Assembly (NCBI GenBank): GCA_963702425.1
Contig: CAVPCQ010000017.1
Location: forward strand, 32,001 to 96,000
DNA length: 64,000 bases
DNA from: an uncultured Acidobacteriota bacterium
GTDB lineage: Bacteria; Acidobacteriota; Polarisedimenticolia; J045
Reading direction: 5' to 3'
Below the pieces are notes generated by a model. That model was given only the letters and a program-made list of their open reading frames with translations, was not told the origin of the DNA and searched no databases. The position numbers and the translations under genes are program-made. Below are positions 32,280 to 41,945 of the stretch, in pieces (position 1 is the first letter of the stretch; every line of letters begins with the position of its first letter).

Positions 32280-32696
32280 GCGGTTTTCGAGGTGACTGAG
32301 TATGTGCGACACACCCCGCGCTGCTCGTCCCGCATGAAGATCCTGGCCCAGATCCACCCGCCCGACACGACCCGCGCGATTCTCGACTGCCTCGGGCTGG
32401 CCTCCCGCGCCCCGCCCCGCGCGCCGGCCCGCGCCGAGCCGGACCCGCTCCCCTCTCCCGGCAACGCCGCGGCGGACTGAACTCATCGACAAACGGCCCG
32501 GCCCACGCGGATCCTGACAACCCGGAGGGCGGATCTCCGCCTCCACGGCGGCCCTCCGCGCGTCCCAGGCGGGCCCGATCGCCGCGACGCGCAACGCCCG
32601 ACCACGGCCGGCCCCCGCGGCCGGCCGCTCCCCCATCCTGCCGGCCTGCGGCTACGCTCTCCGCCTCAGAATCCGCGACTTGAATCGCTTATCCTC

Positions 32697-32760
32697 TGAG
32701 GTTCAGGGCGTCCCCGAAGCGCTGGACGAAAGTCACGGCACCCCAGCGCGCGGCCCGAAC
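32697..32760 (-). pseudogene. Inverted IS91-like transposase internal fragment
   Basis: Minus strand reads GAVTFVQRFGDALNL, the motif preceding the HUH site. Confidence 0.65.
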
Positions 32761-32801
32761 CTTCCGCGCACCGCAATGCCGCTCCGATCCATCGCCAGGA
32801 G

Positions 32802-34892
32802 CTACAGTGACGGCGCTGGACTCTCCCCCGAACTCCGCTCCAGCACGATCCCTCCCCGCAGGAACTCCTGGATCGCCGCGACGAACCGTCGCGCCGCAGG
32901 GTAATCCGACGGCGGGACGACCGGCTTCTCCAGCATCAGCCCTCCGTCGAAGACAACCTCCCTAGCGTTCTCCCCCGGCCGCCATTCGGCCGAGAACTTC
33001 ATCCCCGGCCCGTCGATCTTCAGCTTTGGCAGCGTCCCCGTTGCGTGATAGCCGGCGGGAATCGTGAACGTCGACCGGCCGAGCACGCTCCGGACGTATT
33101 CCCAACGAACGCTGCCGAGCCGCTCGTCGGTGATCGGGAGGCCGATTCTCGATGAGTAGATGTCCGGCGGGCGAAGGAGGAGGGCATCCTCGAAGCGGAA
33201 GGCCAAACCACGCGTACGGCATCCATAGCGCATCGTAAGCGTCTTCTCGACGTCGTCCTGATTCTCGACCGTCACGGCCAGATCCTCAAGCCTGCCGCCG
33301 AACTCGTCCTGCAAGGCCCTCCGGACGCACTCGTCATCACAGTCCCCCAGCCACTCCCTCTCGGCCACCGCTTCCTGCATGTACCACTCGACTGTGCCCT
33401 CGATCCGCGAGTCGCCGGTCTCCTCTAGCTGGACCTGCTGCAAGTGCTTCTGGACGTTGTGATCCGCCGCACGTGCGGGAATGACATCGAGCCACTCGGC
33501 CACGCCAGAGCAGATCGAGCCCTCCCGTTCCCAAGGATCGACGCCGCAGAAGCCGACGGGTACTGCGATCCCTCCGGAACCGGGCCCGGAGCTGCGCCAG
33601 TGGACTACTCCGGCTGGGCAGCTGTCACATTCCAGATCGATGAAAATCCCGCTCGCGTTGACTCGCACGAGCATGCGTTCGCCGAGCGATGGATCCAGGT
33701 AGAACTTCGAGAGGTCGGCGAACGATCTGTCGTATGCCCAGACCACGCTCGAACGAAAGCCAGCCGCCGAGATCATCGTCGCCAGAACGATGGCACGCTC
33801 TTCGGCATCGCCGGAGCCGCTCTCGAGCACAGTGTTGACGTCTCGGGGCTCCCCTTCGTGACTGGTGACGCTGACGTTCGATCTCACCCAGCGGACCATC
33901 GTGCGAATCTTGGCTTCTCTCGTTTGGGCGGTCGCCAGTATGGCAGGGAGCAGGGACTTGAGTGAGCTGCGCTGTGCGACTGCCCTTCCCAAACGAACTC
34001 CCAGCCGGCCCCGATGAGAGTTCTGGTAGACACCCGGTCCATCCGGGGAGAGCGTCGCGTAGGCCCGGAGCCGATCGACATGGATGGGCCCCGAATGTGG
34101 CTCGGGCTCGTATCGCGGGACATCTCTGCACGTGAGGCCCGTCGTGTTCTTCTCAGGGCGAGAGTTCAGTTCGCACCGTTTAGCGTCGCGTCCCACGATC
34201 TCGACCGTCGGAGACAGCCCGGTCTTGCCTGCCACGGTGAGTTCGACATGGAGCGCAGGGACGGACGAATCGAGTTCCCACCAGCCGAGCCGCGAGTAGC
34301 CCGGGTACCAGTATTCTATGGACCACCAGTACGTGGAACCCTGCTGGTGCTCGAGCGTCGCGCCGGGAGACCCGAGTGTCGCACGCCAGGAGACAATGCA
34401 GCCTGGTCTGGTGTCCGGGTGCGTCCACTTGAGTGCACGGACCTCCGTATCGCCCCGGCGGTAGAGCACCACGGTCTGCTGCAAGTCTTCTGGCACGCGC
34501 CGCGATCCGTGGCCGGGACACTCAGACTCGGCCGCGAACTCGAGGACCCTGTAATCTTCGGGAATCTGCAACAGTCCGTTTGCCTGGTCCATTCCACGGG
34601 GACTCTGAACGAGGATGCGCCGCAAACGACTCAGTCGACGACGCGTCCCGAATGGTCCATCGACAGACCAGGTCGTCGCATCCTCGAGCGCCACCGCCGG
34701 CGCGTCGGGGAAGAGCCGGGCAGCCTCCGCACGCGGGTCGGGCGCAGCCTCGACTGCGCCGCCCGGGACCGCCGGGCTCTCTGCGCGGGGTAGGCTGCCG
34801 GAACCTGCTGCGAGCACCGTGAGTACGATCGCGCGCACGACGGCTTGTCGCGGGCCGACAAACGCGCCAAGCCCGTCGCTCCGCTCCCTCAC
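32802..34892 (-). CDS. DUF3857/transglutaminase-like domain protein
   Basis: PRDVNTVLESGSGDAEERAIVL; paired with the upstream paralog. Confidence 0.7.
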   Translation of the reverse strand: MRERSDGLGAFVGPRQAVVRAIVLTVLAAGSGSLPRAESPAVPGGAVEAAPDPRAEAARLFPDAPAVALEDATTWSVDGPFGTRRRLSRLRRILVQSPRGMDQANGLLQIPEDYRVLEFAAESECPGHGSRRVPEDLQQTVVLYRRGDTEVRALKWTHPDTRPGCIVSWRATLGSPGATLEHQQGSTYWWSIEYWYPGYSRLGWWELDSSVPALHVELTVAGKTGLSPTVEIVGRDAKRCELNSRPEKNTTGLTCRDVPRYEPEPHSGPIHVDRLRAYATLSPDGPGVYQNSHRGRLGVRLGRAVAQRSSLKSLLPAILATAQTREAKIRTMVRWVRSNVSVTSHEGEPRDVNTVLESGSGDAEERAIVLATMISAAGFRSSVVWAYDRSFADLSKFYLDPSLGERMLVRVNASGIFIDLECDSCPAGVVHWRSSGPGSGGIAVPVGFCGVDPWEREGSICSGVAEWLDVIPARAADHNVQKHLQQVQLEETGDSRIEGTVEWYMQEAVAEREWLGDCDDECVRRALQDEFGGRLEDLAVTVENQDDVEKTLTMRYGCRTRGLAFRFEDALLLRPPDIYSSRIGLPITDERLGSVRWEYVRSVLGRSTFTIPAGYHATGTLPKLKIDGPGMKFSAEWRPGENAREVVFDGGLMLEKPVVPPSDYPAARRFVAAIQEFLRGGIVLERSSGESPAPSL

Positions 34893-36865
34893 GGCTTGGC
34901 CCTCGTCTCCCGAACCACGACCACGCCTGCGTTGATCGAGGCGAGGGGGTCGCGAAGCGACAGCACCGCATCGCGCTTAGCGAGAGGGAGTACTGCCATC
35001 GCCAGCGTGAAGCTGCGAGAGACAACGAGCCGCCCGTCGGCGAAGGACACGTCCTGGGACACGCTGCCCACGTCGTTCGCGGCTTTGATTGCGCCGGGGT
35101 CGGACCATCCCGCAGCCGGCGGCAGCTCGATCTCGATCGTCTGACTCACGGTGCGCGGCAAGCCGGCGTAAGCCGAGCCTTCCGGCCCAGCGAGAGGCAC
35201 GGGCACGGAGCCCAAGTCCACGAATTCCCCCAGCGGCAGTGCGAGGAAGGAGCCGAATCGCCCCCACGGATTCGGACAGCGATACCCGTACGTGAATCGC
35301 CAGCGCAACTCGTCGACCGGCAGCACGTCGGTGACCTCGAGATTCTCGAAGGCGGGGCAGCGCTCCGCCGCACTCTCCAGCACCCACTCGCGCAGGTCGC
35401 GACCGCGAGCTGGCCGCCCCTCCTCATCGACGAATCTCGCGCGCAGGCTGCCTCCCATCGCAACCGCGACGGAGACCTCGAACCCCGCATCGGCGCGTCG
35501 CCAGGTCTCGTGCACGTCAGCGCGGTTGCGGTCAGGGCTGGGGGGCGGAACGCGGAGCAGCCCCGTGGTGCGGGGATCCATCGCCAGTCCGGCCGCCCCA
35601 TCCAGCGCGGGCGACAGGTCGAACGCTGAGTCCGGCTCCAGCGTCGCGTCGAACAGCCGGAGGCGACCGATCCCGGGGGCCTCGACGAGCGCCATCCCCG
35701 GGGCGGCGTCGCCCTTCCAGACGATGCCGACGATGGCGTGGTTGAACGCCTGGAAGGTCGGAAGATCCGGTGCGACGAAACCGTCTCGAGGGCTGATGAT
35801 CGCAATCGGAACCGCCTCGAGACCACGGGCGCGCAGCAACGCGAGCATGAGCGCGGTCTTGTCCTTGCAGTCCCCGAATCCGCGACTCAGTGTCGTCTCC
35901 GTCGGACGGGGCACCCACCCACCCCACCCGATACTGACGGCAAAGTACCGGATGGATCGCGCGATCCGCCCCGCGGCGCCGATCGTCGCGACCTGGTCGG
36001 TCGGAAGCTCCTTGACCAGCCGATCGATGCTGGCGTTCCTCTCCATCGCGGGCCGGGCGAGTGTCGCGAGCCAGCCGGCAACTCCCCCCCACGTCGAAAA
36101 GCGGGGCTCGCCGTTCTCCGGGATGGGCTCCAGGGTCATCGCGAGCCGCGGCGGAGCGGGGACCCACCCGCCGCTCGAGGCGGCACGCTGCGCGCGCACG
36201 TCGACGAAGCGCCATGTTCCGCCCGCGCTCTCGCCGGCCGGTCCAGGATTGCGTCCCTCCCCCACGGTCGATAGCACGCGCCATCCACGATGCGTCTCGA
36301 CGTCGACCTGGAATACGTCGACCGGCCAGGGTCCTTGCACGCGCAGGAGGTCCTGCGGCCAGTCCGACGCACTTTCGTAGCGGTACTGAACGGCGAAGAC
36401 CGTACCGGGCACGGCATCAGGGGGCGCAAGAGAAAGTAGCTCCGTATCGTCGAGTTCCATGACGTTGCCGAGGGACCGGAGGGTGCCATCCTCCTCGTCG
36501 AACGTCTCGACCCGACCCGACGGGCGCATGACCCAGCCCTTTACCTTGCTGTAGCGGACGAATGACGAGCGGTGGAGATCGACGCGTGCGGCGTCCTCCC
36601 CGTCGCGCGTGAGCACCTTGACCGCGAACCGGCGCACGCAGGTGCGCCCGCCATCGGAGACCACTTCACATCGGTGGTGATCGAGAAGAACGACGGCATC
36701 ATCTGTGGCGTGATGCGCTGCGCCTGCGGCGTCGAATTGCAGCGGGACCCAGTCCGGCATGGTTGCGGCGCGAGCGGACAGGCCAAGTACTTCCAGCAGA
36801 ACAGCCAGCGTGAGGAAGCTTGCCAGCCTTGCGGCGGACGATGGACTACCCACTCCGCGATCCAT
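34889..36865 (-). CDS. DUF3857/transglutaminase domain protein
   Basis: IRYFAV, GFGDCKDK, FNHAIV, LFDAT catalytic triad. Confidence 0.85.
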   Translation of the reverse strand: MDRGVGSPSSAARLASFLTLAVLLEVLGLSARAATMPDWVPLQFDAAGAAHHATDDAVVLLDHHRCEVVSDGGRTCVRRFAVKVLTRDGEDAARVDLHRSSFVRYSKVKGWVMRPSGRVETFDEEDGTLRSLGNVMELDDTELLSLAPPDAVPGTVFAVQYRYESASDWPQDLLRVQGPWPVDVFQVDVETHRGWRVLSTVGEGRNPGPAGESAGGTWRFVDVRAQRAASSGGWVPAPPRLAMTLEPIPENGEPRFSTWGGVAGWLATLARPAMERNASIDRLVKELPTDQVATIGAAGRIARSIRYFAVSIGWGGWVPRPTETTLSRGFGDCKDKTALMLALLRARGLEAVPIAIISPRDGFVAPDLPTFQAFNHAIVGIVWKGDAAPGMALVEAPGIGRLRLFDATLEPDSAFDLSPALDGAAGLAMDPRTTGLLRVPPPSPDRNRADVHETWRRADAGFEVSVAVAMGGSLRARFVDEEGRPARGRDLREWVLESAAERCPAFENLEVTDVLPVDELRWRFTYGYRCPNPWGRFGSFLALPLGEFVDLGSVPVPLAGPEGSAYAGLPRTVSQTIEIELPPAAGWSDPGAIKAANDVGSVSQDVSFADGRLVVSRSFTLAMAVLPLAKRDAVLSLRDPLASINAGVVVVRETRAKP

Positions 36866-37196
36866 GGCAGGTTAACCATAGCACGGAAGCGGTCGTAAAG
36901 AGCCCTCTGACGAGTGACATGCCGGACATCGGGACTCCCCTACGGCCGCCTTTCGCTTCCAGCCGGCGAAAAGAACAGTCCACGCGCTCCCGCAAGCCCG
37001 CAGTGCTGGTACGCGTCATAGGCACGTGCCCCGTCACCCCCGACCCCGGGACCTGGCCCCACGCCTCCGGGTGACCGGCCTCCCGGCGCTCGGTCTCCCG
37101 ACCCCGGCGGCCGCTACCTCTCCTGGGCCGAGTTGCTGCGCCGAGTCTTGGACCGACCACCCGACTGCACCCGGTACCCGCGATGCGGTGCGTCGG

Positions 37197-37481
37197 ATGC
37201 GGATCACGCATCCGTTCCACCCGCTGCGGGGGCGGGAGTTCGTCGTGCTGGACGAGCGCCGCAACCGCCACGGCGAGCGGGTCTGGTACCGCGCTGAGGA
37301 CGGCTCGGCGCGGACGGTCCCGCGGGGCTGGACGAGCCTGGGGGAGGCCGATCTCTTCGCGACGATTTCGGCCGGGCGGGCCTGGTTTCGGTGGGACGAC
37401 CTGCGGCGGCTGGTGGCGTTGATCGGGGAGCTGCGGGAGGGGCTGGGCCCGGGGGACGCGGGGGGAGGGGGTGTCAAGTGA
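37197..37481 (+). CDS. DUF5372/Y4bD-like protein
   Basis: MRITHPFHPLRGREF. Confidence 0.7.
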   Translation: MRITHPFHPLRGREFVVLDERRNRHGERVWYRAEDGSARTVPRGWTSLGEADLFATISAGRAWFRWDDLRRLVALIGELREGLGPGDAGGGGVK

Positions 37482-37658
37482 ATTTCGTCCATATTGTCTG
37501 GAGTATTATGCTCGTAGCGGTCGGGGGCGCCACATCCGATCGGGCCTTGATCGGTCCAATACCGCGCATCAGAGCGATAACTGGCACAAGGCCCATGGAC
37601 ACGGTCTTTGATGTGTGCATAATGGTCCTGACACACGGCGACGACCCAGGAGGAGACC

Positions 37659-38123
37659 ATGGCCGCACCGAGCGACGACTCCAAGCGCCGCGAGCTGGCC
37701 CGCCGCGGGGCCCTGCACCCCCACGCCGCGCAGGTCACGGACCCGCTCTTCGCGCGCGAGCCGTTCTTCGACCGCCGCGACGCGGTGCAGGTCAAGTACG
37801 AGATGCTGCGCAGCGTGCGAGCCGAGGGCCGTCCGGTGAGCCAGGCGGCGGCGCAGTTCGGCTTCTCGCGCCCGACCTTCTACGAGGCGCGAGCGGCCTT
37901 CGAGCGCGCCGGTCTGCCGGGTTTGCTGCCGGCGAAGAAAGGGCCGAAGCGCGCGCACAAGCTCTCGGCGGAGGTCCTGGCCTTCATCGACCGGCAGCTC
38001 GACGCCCGGCCGGCGCCGACCATGGAGGCACTCAGCGCGCGGATCCACGAGCACTTCGGCCGGTCGGTCCATCCCCGCAGCATCCGGCGCGCCCTGCTGC
38101 GCCGCACAAAAAAAAACCCGTAG
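37659..38123 (+). CDS. HTH protein
   Basis: AGGAGG RBS; VQVKYEMLR...AAAQFGFSRPTFY...GLLPAKKGPKRAHKL. Confidence 0.85.
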   Translation: MAAPSDDSKRRELARRGALHPHAAQVTDPLFAREPFFDRRDAVQVKYEMLRSVRAEGRPVSQAAAQFGFSRPTFYEARAAFERAGLPGLLPAKKGPKRAHKLSAEVLAFIDRQLDARPAPTMEALSARIHEHFGRSVHPRSIRRALLRRTKKNP

Positions 38124-38179
38124 ACCCGCGCCCACCGACGTCCGGTCTCGCCGCGCACTACGAGCGGCTGCGGGAGGGT

Positions 38180-38410
38180 GTGCTCGGCGGCGACCGCCGG
38201 CCGTCGATCGGCGAGACGATCGTCCGTGGCCAGGGACTGTGGGCCTTCATCGCGCTCGCCGCGGCCGAGGCGCCGAGCGGCACGCCACCGCGCGTGGTCA
38301 CGGGATCGAGCGGCGCTCTGCCGGCACCGGCGGTGGCCGAGCGGGGCGCGCTGCTCGCGGCGTGGGCCGAGCTCGTCGTCGCCGTCGTGCAGCGCCCGGA
38401 GGTCTCATGA
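38180..38410 (+). CDS. Small protein coupled to LSR (start uncertain)
   Basis: Same as 17260-17490. Confidence 0.5.
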   Translation: MLGGDRRPSIGETIVRGQGLWAFIALAAAEAPSGTPPRVVTGSSGALPAPAVAERGALLAAWAELVVAVVQRPEVS

Positions 38411-40500
38411 CCGAGGCCACGCCACAGAAGGTCGCCGCGACCCACCTGGCGCGCCAGGCCTTCCTCTACGTCCGCCAGTCGACGCTGCGCCAGGTGGTCG
38501 AGAATCCGGAGAGCACGCGCCGGCAGTACGCGCTGCGCGAGCGGGCCAGCGCGCTGGGCTGGCGGGCCGAGCAGATCGTCGTGATCGACTGCGATCTCGG
38601 TCGTTCGGGCGCGACGGCCGAGCGCGAGGGCTTCCAGCGGCTGGTCGCCGAGGTCGGGATGGGGCGGGCCGGGATCGTGCTCGGTCTCGAGGTTTCCCGC
38701 CTGGCCCGCAACTCCACCGACTGGCACCGCCTGCTCGAGATCTGCGCACTGACCGAGACGCTGATCCTCGACGAGGACGGCCTGTACGATCCGACGCAGT
38801 ACAACGACCGTTTGCTGCTCGGCTTGAAGGGCACGCTCTCGGAGGCCGAGCTGCACCTGCTGCGCGCGCGGATGCGCGGGGGTCTGCTGGCCAAGGCCCG
38901 CCGCGGCGAGCTGGGCCTCGGTCTGCCGGTCGGCCTGGTCTATGACGAGCTGGGGCGCGTCGTGCTGCATCCCGACGCGCAGGTGCGCGAGACCCTGGCG
39001 CTGTTCTTCCGCACCTTTCAGCGCACCGGGGCGGCTTGTGCGACGGTCAAGTATTTCTCGACGGAGCAGATCCCTTTCCCCGCGCCGACCCGCCCGGGGA
39101 GTCGCTCGGCGCAGGTCGTGTGGGGTCGGCTCAACCTCACGCGGGCCGTCAGCCTGCTGCACAACCCGCGCTACGCCGGGGCCTTCGCCTACGGCCGGCG
39201 CCGCGCGCGGCGGCAGCCCGACGGCCGCTTCCAGACCACGCGGGTACCGCGCGACCAATGGCTCGTGCTGCGCCTCGAGGCGCACCCGGGCTACATCGCG
39301 TGGGACGAGTTCGAGCGCAACCAGGAGCGGCTCGCGGCCTCGGCCCGGGCCTACGGGCTCGACCGCCGCGACGGCCCGCCGCGCGAAGGCCCGGCGCTGC
39401 TCCAGGGGCGCGTGCTCTGCGGCCGCTGCGGCGCGCGGATGACGGTCCGCTACCATCAGCGACGCGGCCAACTCGTGCCGGACTACGTCTGCTGTATCCG
39501 GACGCTGCAACACCGCGACCCGCCGTGCCAGGTCCTGCCCGGCGGCGCGGTCGACCGCGCGATCGGGCGTCTGATCGTCACGACGCTGACGCCCTTCGCC
39601 CTCGAGCTGACGCTCGCCGTCCAGGCCGAGCTCGAAACCCGCCTCGACGAGGCCGACCGGCTGCGCGGCCAGCAGATCGAACGCGCCCTGCACGAGGCCG
39701 AGCTGGCCCGCCGCCGCTACCTGCAGGTCGATCCGACGCATCGTCTCGTCGCCGCCTCGCTCGAGGCCGACTGGAATGACCGCCTGCGCGCGGTCGCCGA
39801 GACGCGCGAGCGCGTCGAGCACCAGCGCGACGCCGACCGCGGCGCTTTCGACGAGCAGACCCGGCAGCGGATCCGCGACCTCGCCGCCGACGTCCCGGCC
39901 GTCTGGGACGATCCCGCCACACCGCCGCGCGAGCGCAAGCGGATCCTCGGTCTGCTGCTCGCGGACGTCACGCTGGCCCGGCAGGACGACGAGATCACGC
40001 TCGCGGTCCGCTTCCGCGGCGGCGCGACGACGACGCTTCGCGTCCCGCTCCGGATCGGTCCCTGGCGCGGGCGGAAGACCCATCCCCAGGTCGTCGCACG
40101 GGCCGCGACGCTGCTCGCCTCCCACACCGCCGGCGAGGTCGCCGCGCGACTCAACGCGGAGGGCTTCACCTCCGGGGCCGGCCTCCCTTTCAAGCCGGAC
40201 ACCGTCGAATGGATGGGCCGGCACTACGGGCTGACCAGCCGACGCGACCACCTGCGTGCCGCCGGCCACCTCACCGCCGTCGAGCTCGCCGCACGGCTCC
40301 GCGTCAGCGTCGCCCGAGTCGGCTGCTGGCGTGCCGAGGGCCGGCTCACGGGGACGCGCTGCAACCAGAAAGACTGGCTCTACGACCCGATCGAGCGGCA
40401 GTCAGCGTGGATCCGGGAGCGTGCAGCGTGCGAAGATCGACGCCTCGACAGGCCGCGCGAGAACCGCACGATCACAGCGGCGACACGGGGTGCAGTATGA
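38407..40500 (+). CDS. Large serine recombinase B
   Basis: Near-identical to 17487-19580. Confidence 0.93.
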   Translation: MTEATPQKVAATHLARQAFLYVRQSTLRQVVENPESTRRQYALRERASALGWRAEQIVVIDCDLGRSGATAEREGFQRLVAEVGMGRAGIVLGLEVSRLARNSTDWHRLLEICALTETLILDEDGLYDPTQYNDRLLLGLKGTLSEAELHLLRARMRGGLLAKARRGELGLGLPVGLVYDELGRVVLHPDAQVRETLALFFRTFQRTGAACATVKYFSTEQIPFPAPTRPGSRSAQVVWGRLNLTRAVSLLHNPRYAGAFAYGRRRARRQPDGRFQTTRVPRDQWLVLRLEAHPGYIAWDEFERNQERLAASARAYGLDRRDGPPREGPALLQGRVLCGRCGARMTVRYHQRRGQLVPDYVCCIRTLQHRDPPCQVLPGGAVDRAIGRLIVTTLTPFALELTLAVQAELETRLDEADRLRGQQIERALHEAELARRRYLQVDPTHRLVAASLEADWNDRLRAVAETRERVEHQRDADRGAFDEQTRQRIRDLAADVPAVWDDPATPPRERKRILGLLLADVTLARQDDEITLAVRFRGGATTTLRVPLRIGPWRGRKTHPQVVARAATLLASHTAGEVAARLNAEGFTSGAGLPFKPDTVEWMGRHYGLTSRRDHLRAAGHLTAVELAARLRVSVARVGCWRAEGRLTGTRCNQKDWLYDPIERQSAWIRERAACEDRRLDRPRENRTITAATRGAV

Positions 40501-40915
40501 ATGACGCTCCTTCGCTCTGGATGCCCTCCGCTGTCCGCGCTGCTCGTCCCGCATGAAGATCCTGGCCCAGATCCACCCGCCCGACACGACCCGCGCGATT
40601 CTCGACTGCCTCGGGCTGGCCTCTCGCGCCCCGCCCCGCGCGCCGGCCCGCGCCGAGCCCGACCCGCTCCCCTTTCCCGGCCTCGCCGCGGCGGACTGAA
40701 CTCCTGCACGAACGCCCCGGCCCACGCGGGTCCTGACCACCCGAAGGGCCGCACTCCGCCTCCACGGCGGCCCTCCGCGCGTCCCATGCGGGCCCGAGCG
40801 CCGCGACGCGCGGCGCCCGAACGCGGCCCGCCCCCGCGGCCTGCCGCTCCCCCATCCCGCAGGTCCGCGGCTAAGCGCTCCGCCTCAGAATCCGCGGCTT
40901 GAATCGCTTATCCTC

Positions 40916-41711
40916 TCCGCTTTTCCGCCGGCTGCACCTCGCCAATGCACCGCGCGTGTGGCGGGAGCTGGCTGATCGCGCCGAACGCGAACAGTGGTCG
41001 TACCACGACTTCCTCAGCGCGCTCATCACCGGCGAGATTGCACACCGGCAGCAGACCCGCGTCCAACGCCTCGTCCGGCGTGCGCGCTTTCCGTATCTCA
41101 AGACGATCGACGACTTCGACTTCTCTCGGCAGACGGCGCTGCGCCCCAACCAACTGGGCTCATTTCTCTCGCCGGAGTTTGTTTCAGACGGCCGCTCCTT
41201 GGTCCTGCGCGGCAGGTCCGGCCGCGGCAAGACCCACCTGGCGATTGCAATCGCATACAAGGCAATCCAGAACGGCTTCGATGCGTACTTCGTGACCGCC
41301 GCCTCGCTGATCGACGATCTCTCCCGCGCCTCTGATGAGAAGCGGCTTGAGGCGGCTCTGCCGACCTACACGCACCCCGCTGTACTCGTCGTGGATGAAC
41401 TCGGCTACCTGACCTACTCCAACGACGCCGCCAATGTGCTGTACCACGTCGTCAACAACCGCTACCTGAAGCACCGCTCCATGATCTTCACGACGAACAA
41501 GCCCCTCGACGCATGGGGCGCCGTACTCCACGACAACGACCTCGCCACCGCGATCCTCGACCGGGTCCTCGAGCGGGGCCGGGCCCTCGTCCTGGACGGT
41601 CCATCTCACCGGACCATGCACCTCGGCCTTGACGACCCGACGGCCCCTGTGGCATAAAACGAACCGGCAGGACTTACTGGAAATAACCGGCAAGAGTTTC
41701 CGGAACCCACA
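40916..41711 (+). mobile_element. istB: IS21-family remnant: 5'-truncated istB (to 41657) and right end
   Basis: GRSGRGKTHLA, VDELGY, AILDR; downstream repeats ending CCGGAACCCACA. Confidence 0.85.
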
Positions 41712-41945
41712 CTCGTCTCACCGGCGAGCGACCCGGGCACCCAGAGCGATCGCTGCTCGTCTCGCTCACCTCGCTCCGGGTACATGATTGCGCGTCGGCG
41801 TAGACGCCGTCCGCGACGAGTTTGACGCCGCCCTCGCGCCGCACACAGCGTCCGGGAGCATGAGTGACGTCTACTGGTCCTGCTGTTGAGCCTTGATGAA
41901 GGGCGGTCTCGAAACGAGACTCAATCCGCCCAGGGAGAGTCGTTC

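Larger units (their letters stand above)
29572..32319 (+). mobile_element. LSR element type A, copy 2 (intact, 2748 bp)
   Basis: CCCGC core at 29567-29571 and 32315-32319. Confidence 0.92.
28851..32696 (+). mobile_element. Module 3: longest IS91-like fragment with LSR element A2
   Basis: GVSLHAAV...RLERLCRYVARPP (Y2 transposase); terminus at 32696. Confidence 0.9.
37150..40512 (+). mobile_element. LSR element type B, copy 2 (intact)
   Basis: TT cores at 37148-37149 and 40511-40512. Confidence 0.92.
37032..40915 (+). mobile_element. Module 4: short IS91-like fragment with LSR element B2
   Basis: RYLSWAELLRRV left flank; terminus at 40915. Confidence 0.88.
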
